A stretch of 64,000 nt of DNA from Felis catus. Its lineage: Eukaryota. Where the stretch lies: positions 18,478,001 to 18,542,000 of the forward strand of contig NC_058368.1 in NCBI RefSeq assembly GCF_018350175.1, written 5' to 3'. Positions 23,801-34,485 of the stretch are shown piece after piece (within the stretch, counting starts at the first letter, position 1; every line of letters begins with the position of its first letter). Position numbers and translations under genes: made by a program. The notes below the pieces were generated by a model. It did not search any database. It was not told where the DNA came from and worked only from the letters and a program-made list of their open reading frames with translations.

Positions 23801-24764
23801 TAAAATATATTTGACATCTACTGTGCACCAAGCAAGCGCCATGCCTTGGGCTGGCCCAGGCATATGCCAGTGAGCAGCTTGGGTGTGGGTTCTGCCTCCG
23901 TGTGACTTGCGATCCAAATACATTCTGTGTAGTGCCTCCATTTGTATAAGAAATCACAGTTTCTTTCAACTAGCATTTACTGAGCATGTACTATGTGCAA
24001 AACTGAGTTAGGTCCTTCCAGTCCTAGAAGGATAGGATGAAGAGAAATGGTGTTTCACCCTGATGGGTGACCCACATGCTACCTACAGTCAGCGAGAATC
24101 AGCAGGACTCACTGAGGGAAGGAAAGGGCAGGTCAGAGAAATGGGGACAATTAATTACCACTTAACAAGTGGTAAGGATCCTTCTTCCTACGTCTGCACA
24201 AAGAGCCCACTCTCCCAGGGTTAACTCCCCATGTCACCCCTCCCCCCACGTTGCTGCAAGCAAGGGCAGGAAGCAGGAGTCTGTCCATCCACCTTGCAGA
24301 GTTAGTCTCCGTTGAACGGGGTCCTGGAAGAAGCTGAGCTCGCATAGTGTCTCCTCTGCATGCCCCCATAAACCATCTAACTGCAGAACTTGAATACTCT
24401 TGGATGACTGCTCTGCTCCCTGTTACATCTGCACAGGGTAATATCCCCCCACCCTCAGAAAACTAAAGTGAGACGGCAGCTTGGGGATGTAAAAAAGTGC
24501 CTGATGAGGGACACGTAGGCAATGTTCCAGGTCTGTGCCACCAGGCCCCCCTGTGATAGGTACTTGCTTGAGCAGGAGGAGAGGGGGTACCCTCCTGCCT
24601 TTCTCATCCATTGGCCTCATTAACACATACTCGTATTTCGCATCTGAGCTCCAGCCTGTCTGATCTAAAAGCCCTTCCTCATTATCCTCACCCCTATCGC
24701 AGGCACAATGGGCCACTGGCTCTCCCCTATTCATAATTTTAATGGGATGCATCATTCTTCATTT

Positions 24765-24979
24765 AAAAAAATTTTTTTTAACGTTTTTATTTATTTTTGG
24801 GACAGAGAGAGACAGAGCATGAACGGGGTAGGGGCAGAGAGAGAGGGAGACACAGAATTGGAAACAGGCTCCAGGCTCCGAGCCATCAGCCCAGAGCCTG
24901 ACGCGGGGCTCGAACTCACAGACCGCGAGATCGTGACCTGAAGTCGGACGCTTAACCGACTGCGCCACCCAGGCGCCCC
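24765..24979 (-). mobile_element. Young feline SINEC_Fc
   Basis: Young-subfamily diagnostics GGCGCAGTCGG and GGGCTGATGGCTC, CpGs intact. TSD CATTCTTCATTT at 24753-24764 and 24980-24991. Confidence 0.97.
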
Positions 24980-26264
24980 CATTCTTCATTTTAATCTTAC
25001 TCATCCACATATTGTCCTCACCCCCCAACAAACTTCAAACAATCTCTCAGGATTACATTTTAGTCATCTTTGTGCTCCAGCACTTGTACCTGAGATCTAA
25101 CCACAGTTCCGCTACTAAGAAAACTAACTAACTTCTATGGAGAGCCCCCCCTGTGGCAGGCACTCTACTGAGTGCTTGAGACACCCCCACTTTATAGATG
25201 AAAACACCGAGGCGTAGACAAGCTAAGCAACTTTGCCCAAAATGAATGTGCTACTTTCCTTCCTAAAATCTCCATCACCTTAGGTAGATTGTAGATAAAA
25301 CAGTCTGAAATTGAGAATACCTCAGATTTTGTTGCAAAACAAGGGGCTATAAGAACAATAGCCCTAGCTGGTGCTGAAATAGTGAGATACATGTAGATTT
25401 ACACACTCAGATTCTGGGAGAACCTGCTTCTTCGACCCTAGAGAGGGTTTACTAGTAATTTGAAATTAACTCCGCAACACACAAGCCATGAAGGCTCATT
25501 ATTAATTCTAGTTCATGGTAAAGTAACATTTGATAAAATAGATTGTACAGTCTAACCAGCTCTCTTCCTCCCACACTAACTCCCATGGACTCTCAGTGAC
25601 CTCTCTCCCCACTGTCCCTCTTCAGACACAGCGGGTGGCAGGTTCCTCTTCCAAACCCATCTGAGAATTTGTTAGGTAAGCTCTCCCCGGGAGGGGAGGA
25701 AAGAGACCATTAGGCACAGAGGAGGTTTGCTGGGTAGTAATGTACCTAGTTCTAGCTCACTGCTTGCCTCCTAAAATAGTCCCTTCCATGGCCACAAACC
25801 CAGAGATCCCATGAGAGCAGCAGGTAGATTGCATTCTTATTAAAAGAAAACAGCCCACCAGGGCCTGAATCCTGCAGAGAGAAACAAAAGAGAAACAGAG
25901 AATCAAGCAAGCTCCTGGAGCAAAGGTGTACATATAAACTGTTACCTAATGCTGCTACAAGCCAGGACATTCTGTGCACTCAGGAGAGGCTTAATTATCC
26001 TGAACCAAGAATCTAAGGTCAGATGATTAAGAACATTTCACACCCTGGTTTGAACATCAGAGATGCTGGTCATCCTGCCACACTGCTGTTGGGCCCCAAC
26101 GAAATGCAAACGAGCATTTCATTTTCTCCAACCTGGGCTTAATTTAGGAACAGTGAGAGGGGGAGGCTCCTTCTGTCCTTTAGAAGCCCAACACTGTTTA
26201 TTTGCATGTGTGTGTTTACAAGTTCTGTTGGTATTCTATGCTCCTAATCAAAGGAAGCTTATGA

Positions 26265-26467
26265 GGGGCGCCTGGGTGGCTCAGTCCGACTTCGGCTCAG
26301 GTCATGATCTCGCGGTCTGTGAGTTCGAGCCCCGCATCTGGCTCTGTGCTGACAGCTCAGAGCCTGGAGCCTGCTTCAGATTCTGTGTCTCCCTCTCTCT
26401 CTGCCCCTCCCCCGCTCATGCTCTGTCTCTCTCTATCTCAAAAATAAACACTAAAAACAAAACAAGA
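26265..26467 (+). mobile_element. Feline SINEC_Fc with an 11-nt internal deletion
   Basis: Perfect 16-bp TSD CAAAGGAAGCTTATGA at 26249-26264 and 26468-26483. Confidence 0.97.
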
Positions 26468-26656
26468 CAAAGGAAGCTTATGAAAGAGGAAAATAAATTT
26501 AAATAGCAAAGCGGTGTCATTTCTAAGTATCCTGGGAAGACTGTCCCGTAGTTTATATGTTCATTTACTTATTCATCTTTTAAGACAAACTTTGAGGGAA
26601 CATCAACTTAGCATTAAACTCCATTGCAGAAAGCAGACCCGCGAAGACATATTCCT

Positions 26657-27190
26657 CCATCAGTTTCCTACCACTGCTGTAACAAATTGCTACAAATCCA
26701 GCACCTTAAAACACAAATTTATTATCTTACAGCTCTAAAGGTCGGAAGTCCAAACTGGGACTCACGGGGCTAAAATCAAGGCACCATCAGAGCTGTGTTC
26801 CTTTTGCAGGCACCAGGAAGGAATCCGTTTCCTTGCCTTTTCCAGCTCCTAGAGGTCACGTAGGTTCTCTAGCCCACAGTCCCTTCTTCTGTATTCAGAG
26901 CCAGCAACACCTGGCTGAGCCTTCCTAACACTGCCGTCCCTCTGATTCTCTGCGCTTCGACCTCCCTCGTCCACTTTTAAAGACTCCTATAATCACATTG
27001 GGCCCACTCTGATAATGTGGGACAATCTCTCTATCTTGAGGTCCTCAACTCAATACTTCTGCAAAGTCCCTTTGGCCACATATGTGGCATAATCTACTCT
27101 ACTACATATTGCCCAATTATACAGTCATAGATTCGTAGGTTCTGGGGATAGGGTGTGGACACCTTCAGGGGTCATTATCCTGTCCATCAC
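26657..27190 (-). mobile_element. MLT1(C/D) MaLR solo LTR
   Basis: CAGTTTCCTACCACTGCTGTAACAAATTGCTACAAA...ATTTATTATCTTACAGCTCT...CTGCAAAGTCCCTTTGGCCACAT. Confidence 0.9.
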
Positions 27191-27369
27191 CTCCCCAGTC
27201 TCAGTAGTGTTCATTCCTTATAGCTGAATAAGACTGACCAGCCTTCGTTCTAGCCTGTCATTTCTCATTACACTCCTTGACTATACCTTAAGGTGTTTGC
27301 ACAGGCCTAAGTTTTTAAAATTGCTTTTAGGCCTACCCTGGCTTTCTCTCAATCATTAGCATGAATATT

Positions 27370-27769
27370 AGATATGACTGAGGTCAAGGACCCTGAGCTC
27401 GGGAGACTCTTCTGGATTATCCAGGTAGCCTTGTATGATCGCAGAGTCCTTTAGAGGGGGGATTCTTACCTGGCTGCAGAGAACCAGAGAGAGGTGGCAG
27501 TGGAAGAAAGATTTGATACTCTATTGCTGGTTCTGAAAGGGAGCGGTCTGTGTGTAAGGACCAAAAGAGGTCTCTAGAAGCTGGGAAGGGCAAGGAAATG
27601 GATCCTCCCCCAAAGCCTCTAGAAGGAATGCAGCCTGACCCACACCTTGACTTGAACCCGCAGAGACCGGTCAGACTTCTGGCCTACAGAACTGGAAGGT
27701 AATAAATTCATATTGTTTTAACCCACTAAATTGTGTTAATTTGTTACAGCAGCCATAGAAAGTTTATAC
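27370..27769 (+). mobile_element. MLT1(D/E) MaLR LTR, 5'-truncated
   Basis: TCTAGAAGCTGGGAAGGGCAAGGAAATGGATCCTCCCC...AATAAATTCATATTGTTTTAACCCACTAAATTGTGTTAATTTGTTACAGCAGCCATAGAAAGTTTATACA. Confidence 0.9.
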
Positions 27770-27819
27770 AATGTGCATTCTTTTCAGTCCACGCTGATGA
27801 TTTAAGCCCTTGAAATGAA

Positions 27820-28015
27820 TGTGATTCAGAGTCATTAGTATACTGGCAGCACCCTCCTCCAGATCATTAGCCAGAATTGAAATAAGCCCAGGACTAATGG
27901 GGACCCCTGCAGGAGTCCATCTGAGAACGCCTTGGGTTGAAGGAGATGTGCAATTAATTATCATCTTGCACTTCCCGGATCTGCTCGTATATCTGAGCCA
28001 ATCTGTTCCTTTCTT
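27820..28015 (-). mobile_element. CR1/L3 reverse-transcriptase relic
   Basis: Minus-strand peptide WTPAGVPISPGLISILANDLEEGAASILM resembles CR1 RT [29 protein letters not shown]. Confidence 0.55.
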
Positions 28016-28124
28016 GCCAGACATGACACCACACAGGTTTCCTCTTTGTAAGGAACATTACCTTTCCTGTCCCTTCCTCCACTGATGTTACAGTCAGTGC
28101 TCTCCTACCCCGCACTCTCCCCTA

Positions 28125-28148
28125 ATGCATGTGCACACGTGTGCGCGT

Positions 28149-28182
<34 letters not shown>
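28125..28182. repeat. 58-bp alternating purine-pyrimidine tract ending in (CA)16
   Basis: ATGCATGTGCACACGTGTGCGCGTGC followed by (AC)n. Confidence 0.95.
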
Positions 28183-28614
28183 TCTCCCTCTTCTGAAAAA
28201 AAAAAAAGCAGCCCAGATTTGAAAAGGATTTGTTTCCCCAGTGCTCTGATGTCTATTGCCCCAGGGTTTGTGAATTTCTTTCCCATTCTAAATATTTCAT
28301 TATAAAGCTCAGGATACTTAAAGGAACAATAGGCCTCACCAGTCCATTTTCAAGCTTACATGAAGAAAAGACTTAAATTGGATTTTTTTCCAAGAATTTC
28401 ACGGATTTTTGCCACAATTCTTGAAGATGTCAGCATGAACCAGGTGAGGGGCCGTGATTCCAAGATGCATACTATTCACATCCATTTTGCCTGACTGAAA
28501 GCAGTTCAGGGCTTAGATTCTGAGTTCTTGAGAAGCTCTTTTGGTCTATTGATTCTTATCTTCTAGATTCATTTGTACACACTGTTAGACACCATTCCAG
28601 GTGCTGTGTCCAGG

Positions 28615-29355
28615 GACACAGTGGAGGGTCTGAGCTAAAGATGCAGAGTTGAGAGTCACTGCCAGATTTAAAGCCATTGGAATTACAGAAAGAGTATGGA
28701 GTTACACATGGAGAAGGGAAGATGGGTCCAGCAGAGAGCCTCAGCGTACTCCAAAATTTAGAGGTCCAGCAGAGAAGAGGGACTTAAGATAGCGCAAACT
28801 TTCAGGATAGGAAGCAAGCCAGCAGTGTGTGGTATCGTACAACCAAAGAAGACAGTGTTTCAAGGAAAAAGAGAATGGTTAGAGGTGCCAGATGCTACCC
28901 GAAGGCCAACCCAGGTAAGAACCGATCAGGGATCATTGGTCATGACAACACAGGGATTCTTAATTAACATGAGCACCTGGAAGAGATAGAAGCCCCGCTG
29001 TAATGGGCTGTGGGAAAGAATGTGAAGAGGAGTGGCCCATGACACAGAAAGTACTTTGAATTAGCTGCTGTTAAGAATAGCAGGTAAATGTAGTGCCTGG
29101 AGATAGATGTGGGGTCACAGGAAAGAGGTCTTTCCGTGGGTATACCAGTAATCATGGTGATAATCCAAAGGAGAGAGAGAAATTGGAGAGGTAGTAAATA
29201 AAATGGACGATTACAAGCAGGAAAGCCAGAAGGAAGGGGTCCAAAGCACCTGCAGGTAGAAAGGGCAAACTTAGGTAATAGAAGAAATCTTACCCGTAGA
29301 AACAGAAGGCAGGGCAGTAAGGAGGAGTATGAAAGCAGGTATGTTGGTAGATTTG
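28615..29355 (-). mobile_element. L2 internal fragment
   Basis: Purine-rich text GGAGGGTCTGAGCTAAAGATGCAGAGTTGAGAGTCACTG...GAAGACAGTGTTTCAAGGAAAAAGAG is typical of antisense L2. Confidence 0.7.
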
Positions 29356-29360
29356 CCAGC

Positions 29361-29586
29361 GGGTGGCTCAGCCAGTTGAGCGTCCAACTCTTGAATTTGG
29401 CTCAGGTCATGATCCCAGGGTCATGACATTGACTCAGGAGTCAGGCTCCATGTTGGCAGTGAGGAGCCTGCTTGGAATTCTTTCTCTCTCTGTCTCTCTG
29501 TCTCTGCTCTTCCCGTGCGAGCGCACGTGTGTATGTTGGGGGGGGGGTGTGCATCCTCTAAATAAACAAACAAACAAACTTTTAAA
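29361..29586 (+). mobile_element. Older SINEC_Fc2-like SINE
   Basis: GGGTGGCTCAGCCAGTTGAGCGTCCAACTCTTGAATTTGGCTCAGGTCATGATCCCAGGGTC...AATAAACAAACAAACAAAC. Confidence 0.9.
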
Positions 29587-29595
29587 AATTTCCTC

Positions 29596-29811
29596 AGGGC
29601 CCTGGGTGGCTCAGTCAGCTAAGCATCTGACTTCGGCTCAGGTCATCATCTCATAGTTTGTGAGTTTGAGCCCCACGTCAGGCTCTGTGCTGACAGCTCA
29701 GAGCCTGGAGCCTGCTTCAGATTCTGTGTCTCCCTCTCTCTCTCTGTTCCTCCCCCACTCTCACTGTGCGTGTGTCTCTCTCTCTCAAAAATAAATAAAC
29801 ATAAAAAAAAG
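29596..29811 (+). mobile_element. Feline SINEC_Fc immediately downstream of the previous SINE tail
   Basis: Full body. TSD AATTTCCTC at 29587-29595 and 29812-29820. Confidence 0.95.
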
Positions 29812-30805
29812 AATTTCCTCTCTAATTCTGTGTTCTTAAAGAAGTATGCAACAAGGTCGTCTTTTGTCTTTGAGTATCTTTATAGTACAACCCAGTCGAA
29901 TGAGTGCTACCTCGTCAGCTAAGAGGATAGCAGGGATCCTGGCCTGAGGATCTGGTGTACACGCTGATTATTTATCAAGTCGCTTATCCCGTTGGCAGGT
30001 GCATTTAACTCTCAAACAGGAGCGACAACTATCATATTGATCAGATACTGGAGAATTCACCCTTCAAGTTTCTGCTTCTGGAAATACAGCTAACTAGAGG
30101 TCCAGAAATACCTGAAGCACTGAATAAATTGGAAAATCTGTTTTGAAATGTAGAGTAGAGCTGAAGGAAAGTAAGAAGAATTCTCAGAGGCCAGAAACAG
30201 TGAGAAAGCACGAATCCAAGGAGGTGAACTGCAACCAGAGCCCGCGCTGTGTCCTCCGCTGATGACCAGGGACCTAGCGCCTGGCTTCGAAGAGTGTCTG
30301 TACCTGCAGGGGAGGAAGCAATGCCTGGGCAAGAGTATGATGAGATGTCAGAGTGAATTCTGGCGAAAACAAACAAACAAACAAGACCTCAGAAGGGAAA
30401 CACTATCAATGGGTGAATCTAAAATAGGAAGATCTGATAGAGAGGGAAGTAAATACAAATCTGTCTTGTCCTTGGCTCTTGATGGAGGGGGGTAAAAAGT
30501 ATGGAAAAAAAAGCCTCAGAATATTTAACTATAAACCCACACTTAAAATGGTTCGGGCCTGGAATTCGGTCTAAAACCGCAAGCTCAAAATTTAGTTAAA
30601 GAGGACTCCACTTCAACACGCATCTCAGAGAATTCCAATAAAGTTTCAAAACACAAGGTATTTACGAAAAGGAAAGGGAGGGACCAGCCACCTTGAAAAG
30701 GGTCAGTGCAAGTACAACTTGCAAGATGAGACAATCTAAGAATACAAATAATAGGATTCTCAGATAAGAATATTAAATGTGTTTGATGTTTACAAAATGA
30801 AAGAC

Positions 30806-30940
30806 GGGAAGATGAACAAGTCCTAGAGATCTGCCGTACAACATTGCACTTACAGTTAACAATCCTGAACTGCACACATAAGCATCTGTTAAGAGGGAAA
30901 ATTTAGTGTTGTGTGATTTTTAGCACGATAAAAAAAAGGA
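30806..30940 (+). mobile_element. L1MB-type 3' terminal fragment
   Basis: AAGATGAACAAGTCCTAGAGATCTGCCGTACAACATTG...GTTAAGAGGG...TTTTAGCACGATAAAAAAAA. Confidence 0.85.
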
Positions 30941-31183
30941 AAGGTAGTTTCAAAACGTTGGCAGAGAAATAAGAGACTGTCAAATACAATCAGACAGACT
31001 TTGATTTTAAAAAGGCCAATTAAAACTTTAAGAAACAAAAGCTGAAGTAACAAGTCAGAACTGAAAATGGAAATTAATAAAAAAGATCAAGCTGAAAAAA
31101 ATAAGCAAAAATGCAGTGTAAAGTGGCAAAGCGATGAAAAATATGGAAGAGGGAGTAAGAGGCAAGGTCAAGGAAAAAGTTCT

Positions 31184-31399
31184 TTTTTTTTTAAATGTAT
31201 TTTTAAAAATTTTTTAAGGTTAATTTTTTTAAGAAAGAGAGAGAGAGGTCAGAGAGAGAGGGAGACACAGAATCCGAAGCGGGCTCCAGGCTCTGAGCTG
31301 TCAGCACAGAGCCCGATGTGGGGCTGGAACCTACGAACTACGAGATCGTGACTTGAGCTGAAGTTGGACACGTAACCAACTGAGCCACCCAGGTGCCCC
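31184..31399 (-). mobile_element. Feline SINEC_Fc
   Basis: TSD AAGGAAAAAGTTCT at 31170-31183 and 31400-31413. Confidence 0.95.
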
Positions 31400-32179
31400 A
31401 AGGAAAAAGTTCTAATATATATCCAAAGGGAGCACCAAAGGAGATAATGGAAACTTTTCTAGAGTTGATTAATGACTATAATCCTCTGATTCTCAAAACC
31501 CAACGAATACCAATATTCCCAAAGAAAGCCCCACCCAGACACCTCAAAGTGGGACTACAGAATCACCCAACGCAGAGAAGCACCCAGAGAAAAAGAGAGA
31601 CAACCTGCAAAGAATAATTAACCCAACAGGTGACTTGCCAACAGCAACAACTGAGAGAAATCCACTGACAATCCAGCAAAACTACCTTTCAAACAGGTAG
31701 TGAAAATTAACATAATTTCAAGAAAGAAAAACCCGGGAGAGATTATTACCGACACTCACTAAAAAAACTTCTAAACTATGACTTTCAGAAAGAAGAAAAT
31801 TATCTCGGGAGGACGTAAAATGATTCTCAAGAAGACATGAGGAGGCAAGGAAATCACAAACACGTGGGTAAATATTTTAAAGTACTGAATAACTATAGTG
31901 TCCGATCTGTCAAGTTAAAAAAGAGAGTGAGAGAGGAATAAAATATTAAATAAAAATAACATATGAGTCAGAAATAAGTAATTTGATAAGTTATCTCAAC
32001 CCTAGGAGCATCAGTTTCCCCCTCTGTACATGTTAAATAGTAGCCATTTTCAAAAGGATTTCTGGAAACTATTTGCTTCTAATTCCTTCAATTTTTGATA
32101 TCTTGCTCACAGCTTTAATGGTTCCATTTTCTGTGAACCAAATTTCCTAATGATGGCACTTTGCTACAAACCCGACTGC

Positions 32180-32800
32180 AATGGATCCAAAAACTCCCAG
32201 ATTTCCCTTTTTTTTTTCCATTTTCATCTCCATTTAATTTCTAAAAGCGATGAGATAACCACAGTGACAGCAATCTAAGTGGCTGTGCGTTTTGTCTAAA
32301 ATGCCCTGAAATCATTCTAAGTTATTATGTAAATACCCAAATCTGCTCATTATGTTTTTATGGGGGGGAGGCTCGACGGTCCTCCTGCCAGTGCTATTTC
32401 TTAAGATGAGATCATTAGAAAAGGATTAGTGGTGTAATGTCTGAGGGGCTTAAACAATAATTTGAGTCTTTCAGATGTGCACAAGGTAATTTTAAATAAA
32501 TTCCAGGGTTTTTCTGATGATGGCCCGTAGTTCAATCATAACTGCCATTAAAGAAATGCTAATTGGGTGAGGTAATTTCTCATGCGAAACTTGACATGTT
32601 GCAGGCCCAGTAAATAGTAGTTATCACCCTTCTTGGTATAATTTCTGGGTAGAAATAAAAAAAAAACAAAAAGCATGGCGGCCATAATGGACCGTTAGTC
32701 TTCAAAAGTCTTAGCTCCCTCCCAACAGTAATTTGTAACTTTCCAAGGCCACAAAACAGAGCGATAGAGAGATAGATACCACCATATTTTATTTCTGGGA
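32180..32800. promoter_or_regulatory. Candidate conserved non-coding element / enhancer
   Basis: No recognisable repeat, AT-rich, many TAAT/ATTA cores, and YY1-like ATGGCGGCCAT at 32675-32685. Inference only. Confidence 0.35.
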
Positions 32801-32929
32801 ATGTCTAATTCATTGAGTCCAAAGACACTTCAAAAGGACTCGTATTTGATGGGCAATGATAATGAAAAGATGTGTAAGACATGGTCCCTTCTCTTAAGTG
32901 CTCACAGCCACATGACTAGTGAGATTAGT

Positions 32930-33861
32930 ATTAGGACAAATGTTTACTGGGCACTTCCCTTGTGCTTGGCATTGCACTAGCCCTGGGGACACAGAATCAG
33001 ACAAGATACATGTCTTCAAGATCTCGCCATCTATTGGAGAATACACATAAACTGTAAGCCAGTAGATTACAAAGCATCACAGCCATGAAAGAGCCATAGA
33101 CAAGCGTTGGGAACTGTAAGAGTTGGACCAGCTAATCCTGACTAGAGCAGTTGCAGAAAATTTGAAAAGGAACTGGCATTTACATTGGACTTGAAAGATG
33201 GATAAGAAATAAGAAGGAAAGAGAATCCCAGACAGAGAGGATTATACGCTAACAACCCAGAATCATAAAAGGGTGTGCCAGATCTGAGGAATGGAGAACA
33301 GTTGTGTGTGGCTTGACTGTCAAGTATGTAGGAGAAAACTGGAAAAAGCTTATGTTGGAGAACTAAACGGAGGTCAGTATGGGACAAATCTTGCAACCTT
33401 TACAAAGACTTCAAACCTTACTGTGGAACAACGGCAGTCAATAGGGAATCTGAAGCAGGAGACTGTTATAGCCATTTTTTGAATGACTCAAGAGGTCAAT
33501 GTCAAAGCTCCTCCAGAGATGAGAGCAACCAGAAGTCAGGGGAAAAGAATAGTACAGAGGCCACTGCAATAGTCTAGACAACATATGATGATATGAATCC
33601 AAGTCACAGAAGTGGGGCAGTGGAAACGCGGCCAAATATACCAGAAGAAATTTACAAGATAGGCAACTAATTGAATGTGGCAGGAGAAGAAGGAGCAAAA
33701 TCAAAGATAATGGAGCAGTATCTAACTTGGAAAACCGAGTGAATGGTTCCTGAGTTCGAGCCTCGTATCCGGCTCTGCAGTGACAGTACGGAGCCTACTT
33801 GGGATTCTCCGTCTCCCTCTGTCTCTGCTCCTCCCCCACCCCCTCATGATCGCTCTCTATA

Positions 33862-33910
<49 letters not shown>

Positions 33911-34390
33911 GTCTGTCTCAAAAATAAATAAATAAACCGGGTGCCTGGGTGGTTCAGTTAATTAAGTGCCTGACTCTTGATTTCAGCTCAGGTCATGATC
34001 CCAGGGTCATGCGATCAAGCCCCTTGTCAGGCTCTGAGCTCAGTGTGAAGCCTGCTTGGGATTCTCTCTCTGCCTTTGCTCCTCTCCCTGGCTTGCACTC
34101 TCTCTTTCTCTAAAATAAATAAAATGAAAAAAAAAAACTTTTAATAAATAAATGAACATTTTTTTAAAGGAAAAAAAAAAGAAAAGGAAACACTGAGTGA
34201 ATCACCACTATCTGAGAGAGAAAGTATAGATATAGAGCAAGTTTAGGAGAAAAGTTGATAAATTTTGTTCAGCAAAATTTGGGTTTGATATACGTCAACA
34301 GGAAGGATGTATCTAGTAGGCAATTCAAAATATGGGGTGATGTTTTGGGGAGATAAAAATTTGAGAGAATAACAGCTGAAGCTGTGGCTG
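32930..34390 (-). mobile_element. L2 (minus) hosting a nested SINE pair
   Basis: CAAATGTTTACTGGGCACTTCCCTTGTGCTTGGCATTGCACTAG...TTGGGTTTGATATAC...GTATCTAGTAGGCAATT. Confidence 0.75.
33745..34185 (+). mobile_element. 5'-truncated SINEC (33745-33937 plus tail 34158-34185) with a second SINEC_Fc2 (33938-34142) inserted in its A-tail
   Basis: Outer TSD GGAAA(C)AC(C/T)GAGTGAAT at 33729-33744 and 34186-34202. Inner TSD AATAAATAAAT(A/G)AAC at 33923-33937 and 34143-34157. Confidence 0.9.
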
Positions 34391-34415
34391 TCTTCTGGTG
34401 AATTCAAATTTTAAA

Positions 34416-34485
34416 AATATATATAATATATATTTTACATGTATAATATGTATATGTTATATTATACATGTATAATATATATATC
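34416..34485. repeat. (TA)-rich low-complexity repeat
   Basis: ATATATATAATATATATTTTACATGTATAATATGTATATG... Confidence 0.85.

Larger units (their letters stand above)
30075..31980 (+). mobile_element. HAL1 / ancient L1 5'-ORF1 element, decayed, with nested L1 and SINE inserts
   Basis: 5' text GAGCTGAAGGAAAGTAAGAAGAATTCTCAGAGGCCAGAAAC is HAL1-like. Peptide EIMETFLELINDYNPLILKTQRIP...KKAPPRHLKVGLQN resembles the L1 ORF1p RRM (EIMAENFPEL..NPQIQEAQRIP..KKSTPRHIIVKLQ). Confidence 0.7.

Noticed and set aside
31393..31617. Domesticated L1 ORF1 gene (L1TD1-like)
   Set aside because: The frame begins inside an inserted SINE, is short, and the element is broken by stops and two insertions.
33022..33040. 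CTCF site (reverse strand CCAATAGATGGCGA)
   Set aside because: Two mismatches to the core consensus and located in a decayed L2. Not supportable without ChIP data.
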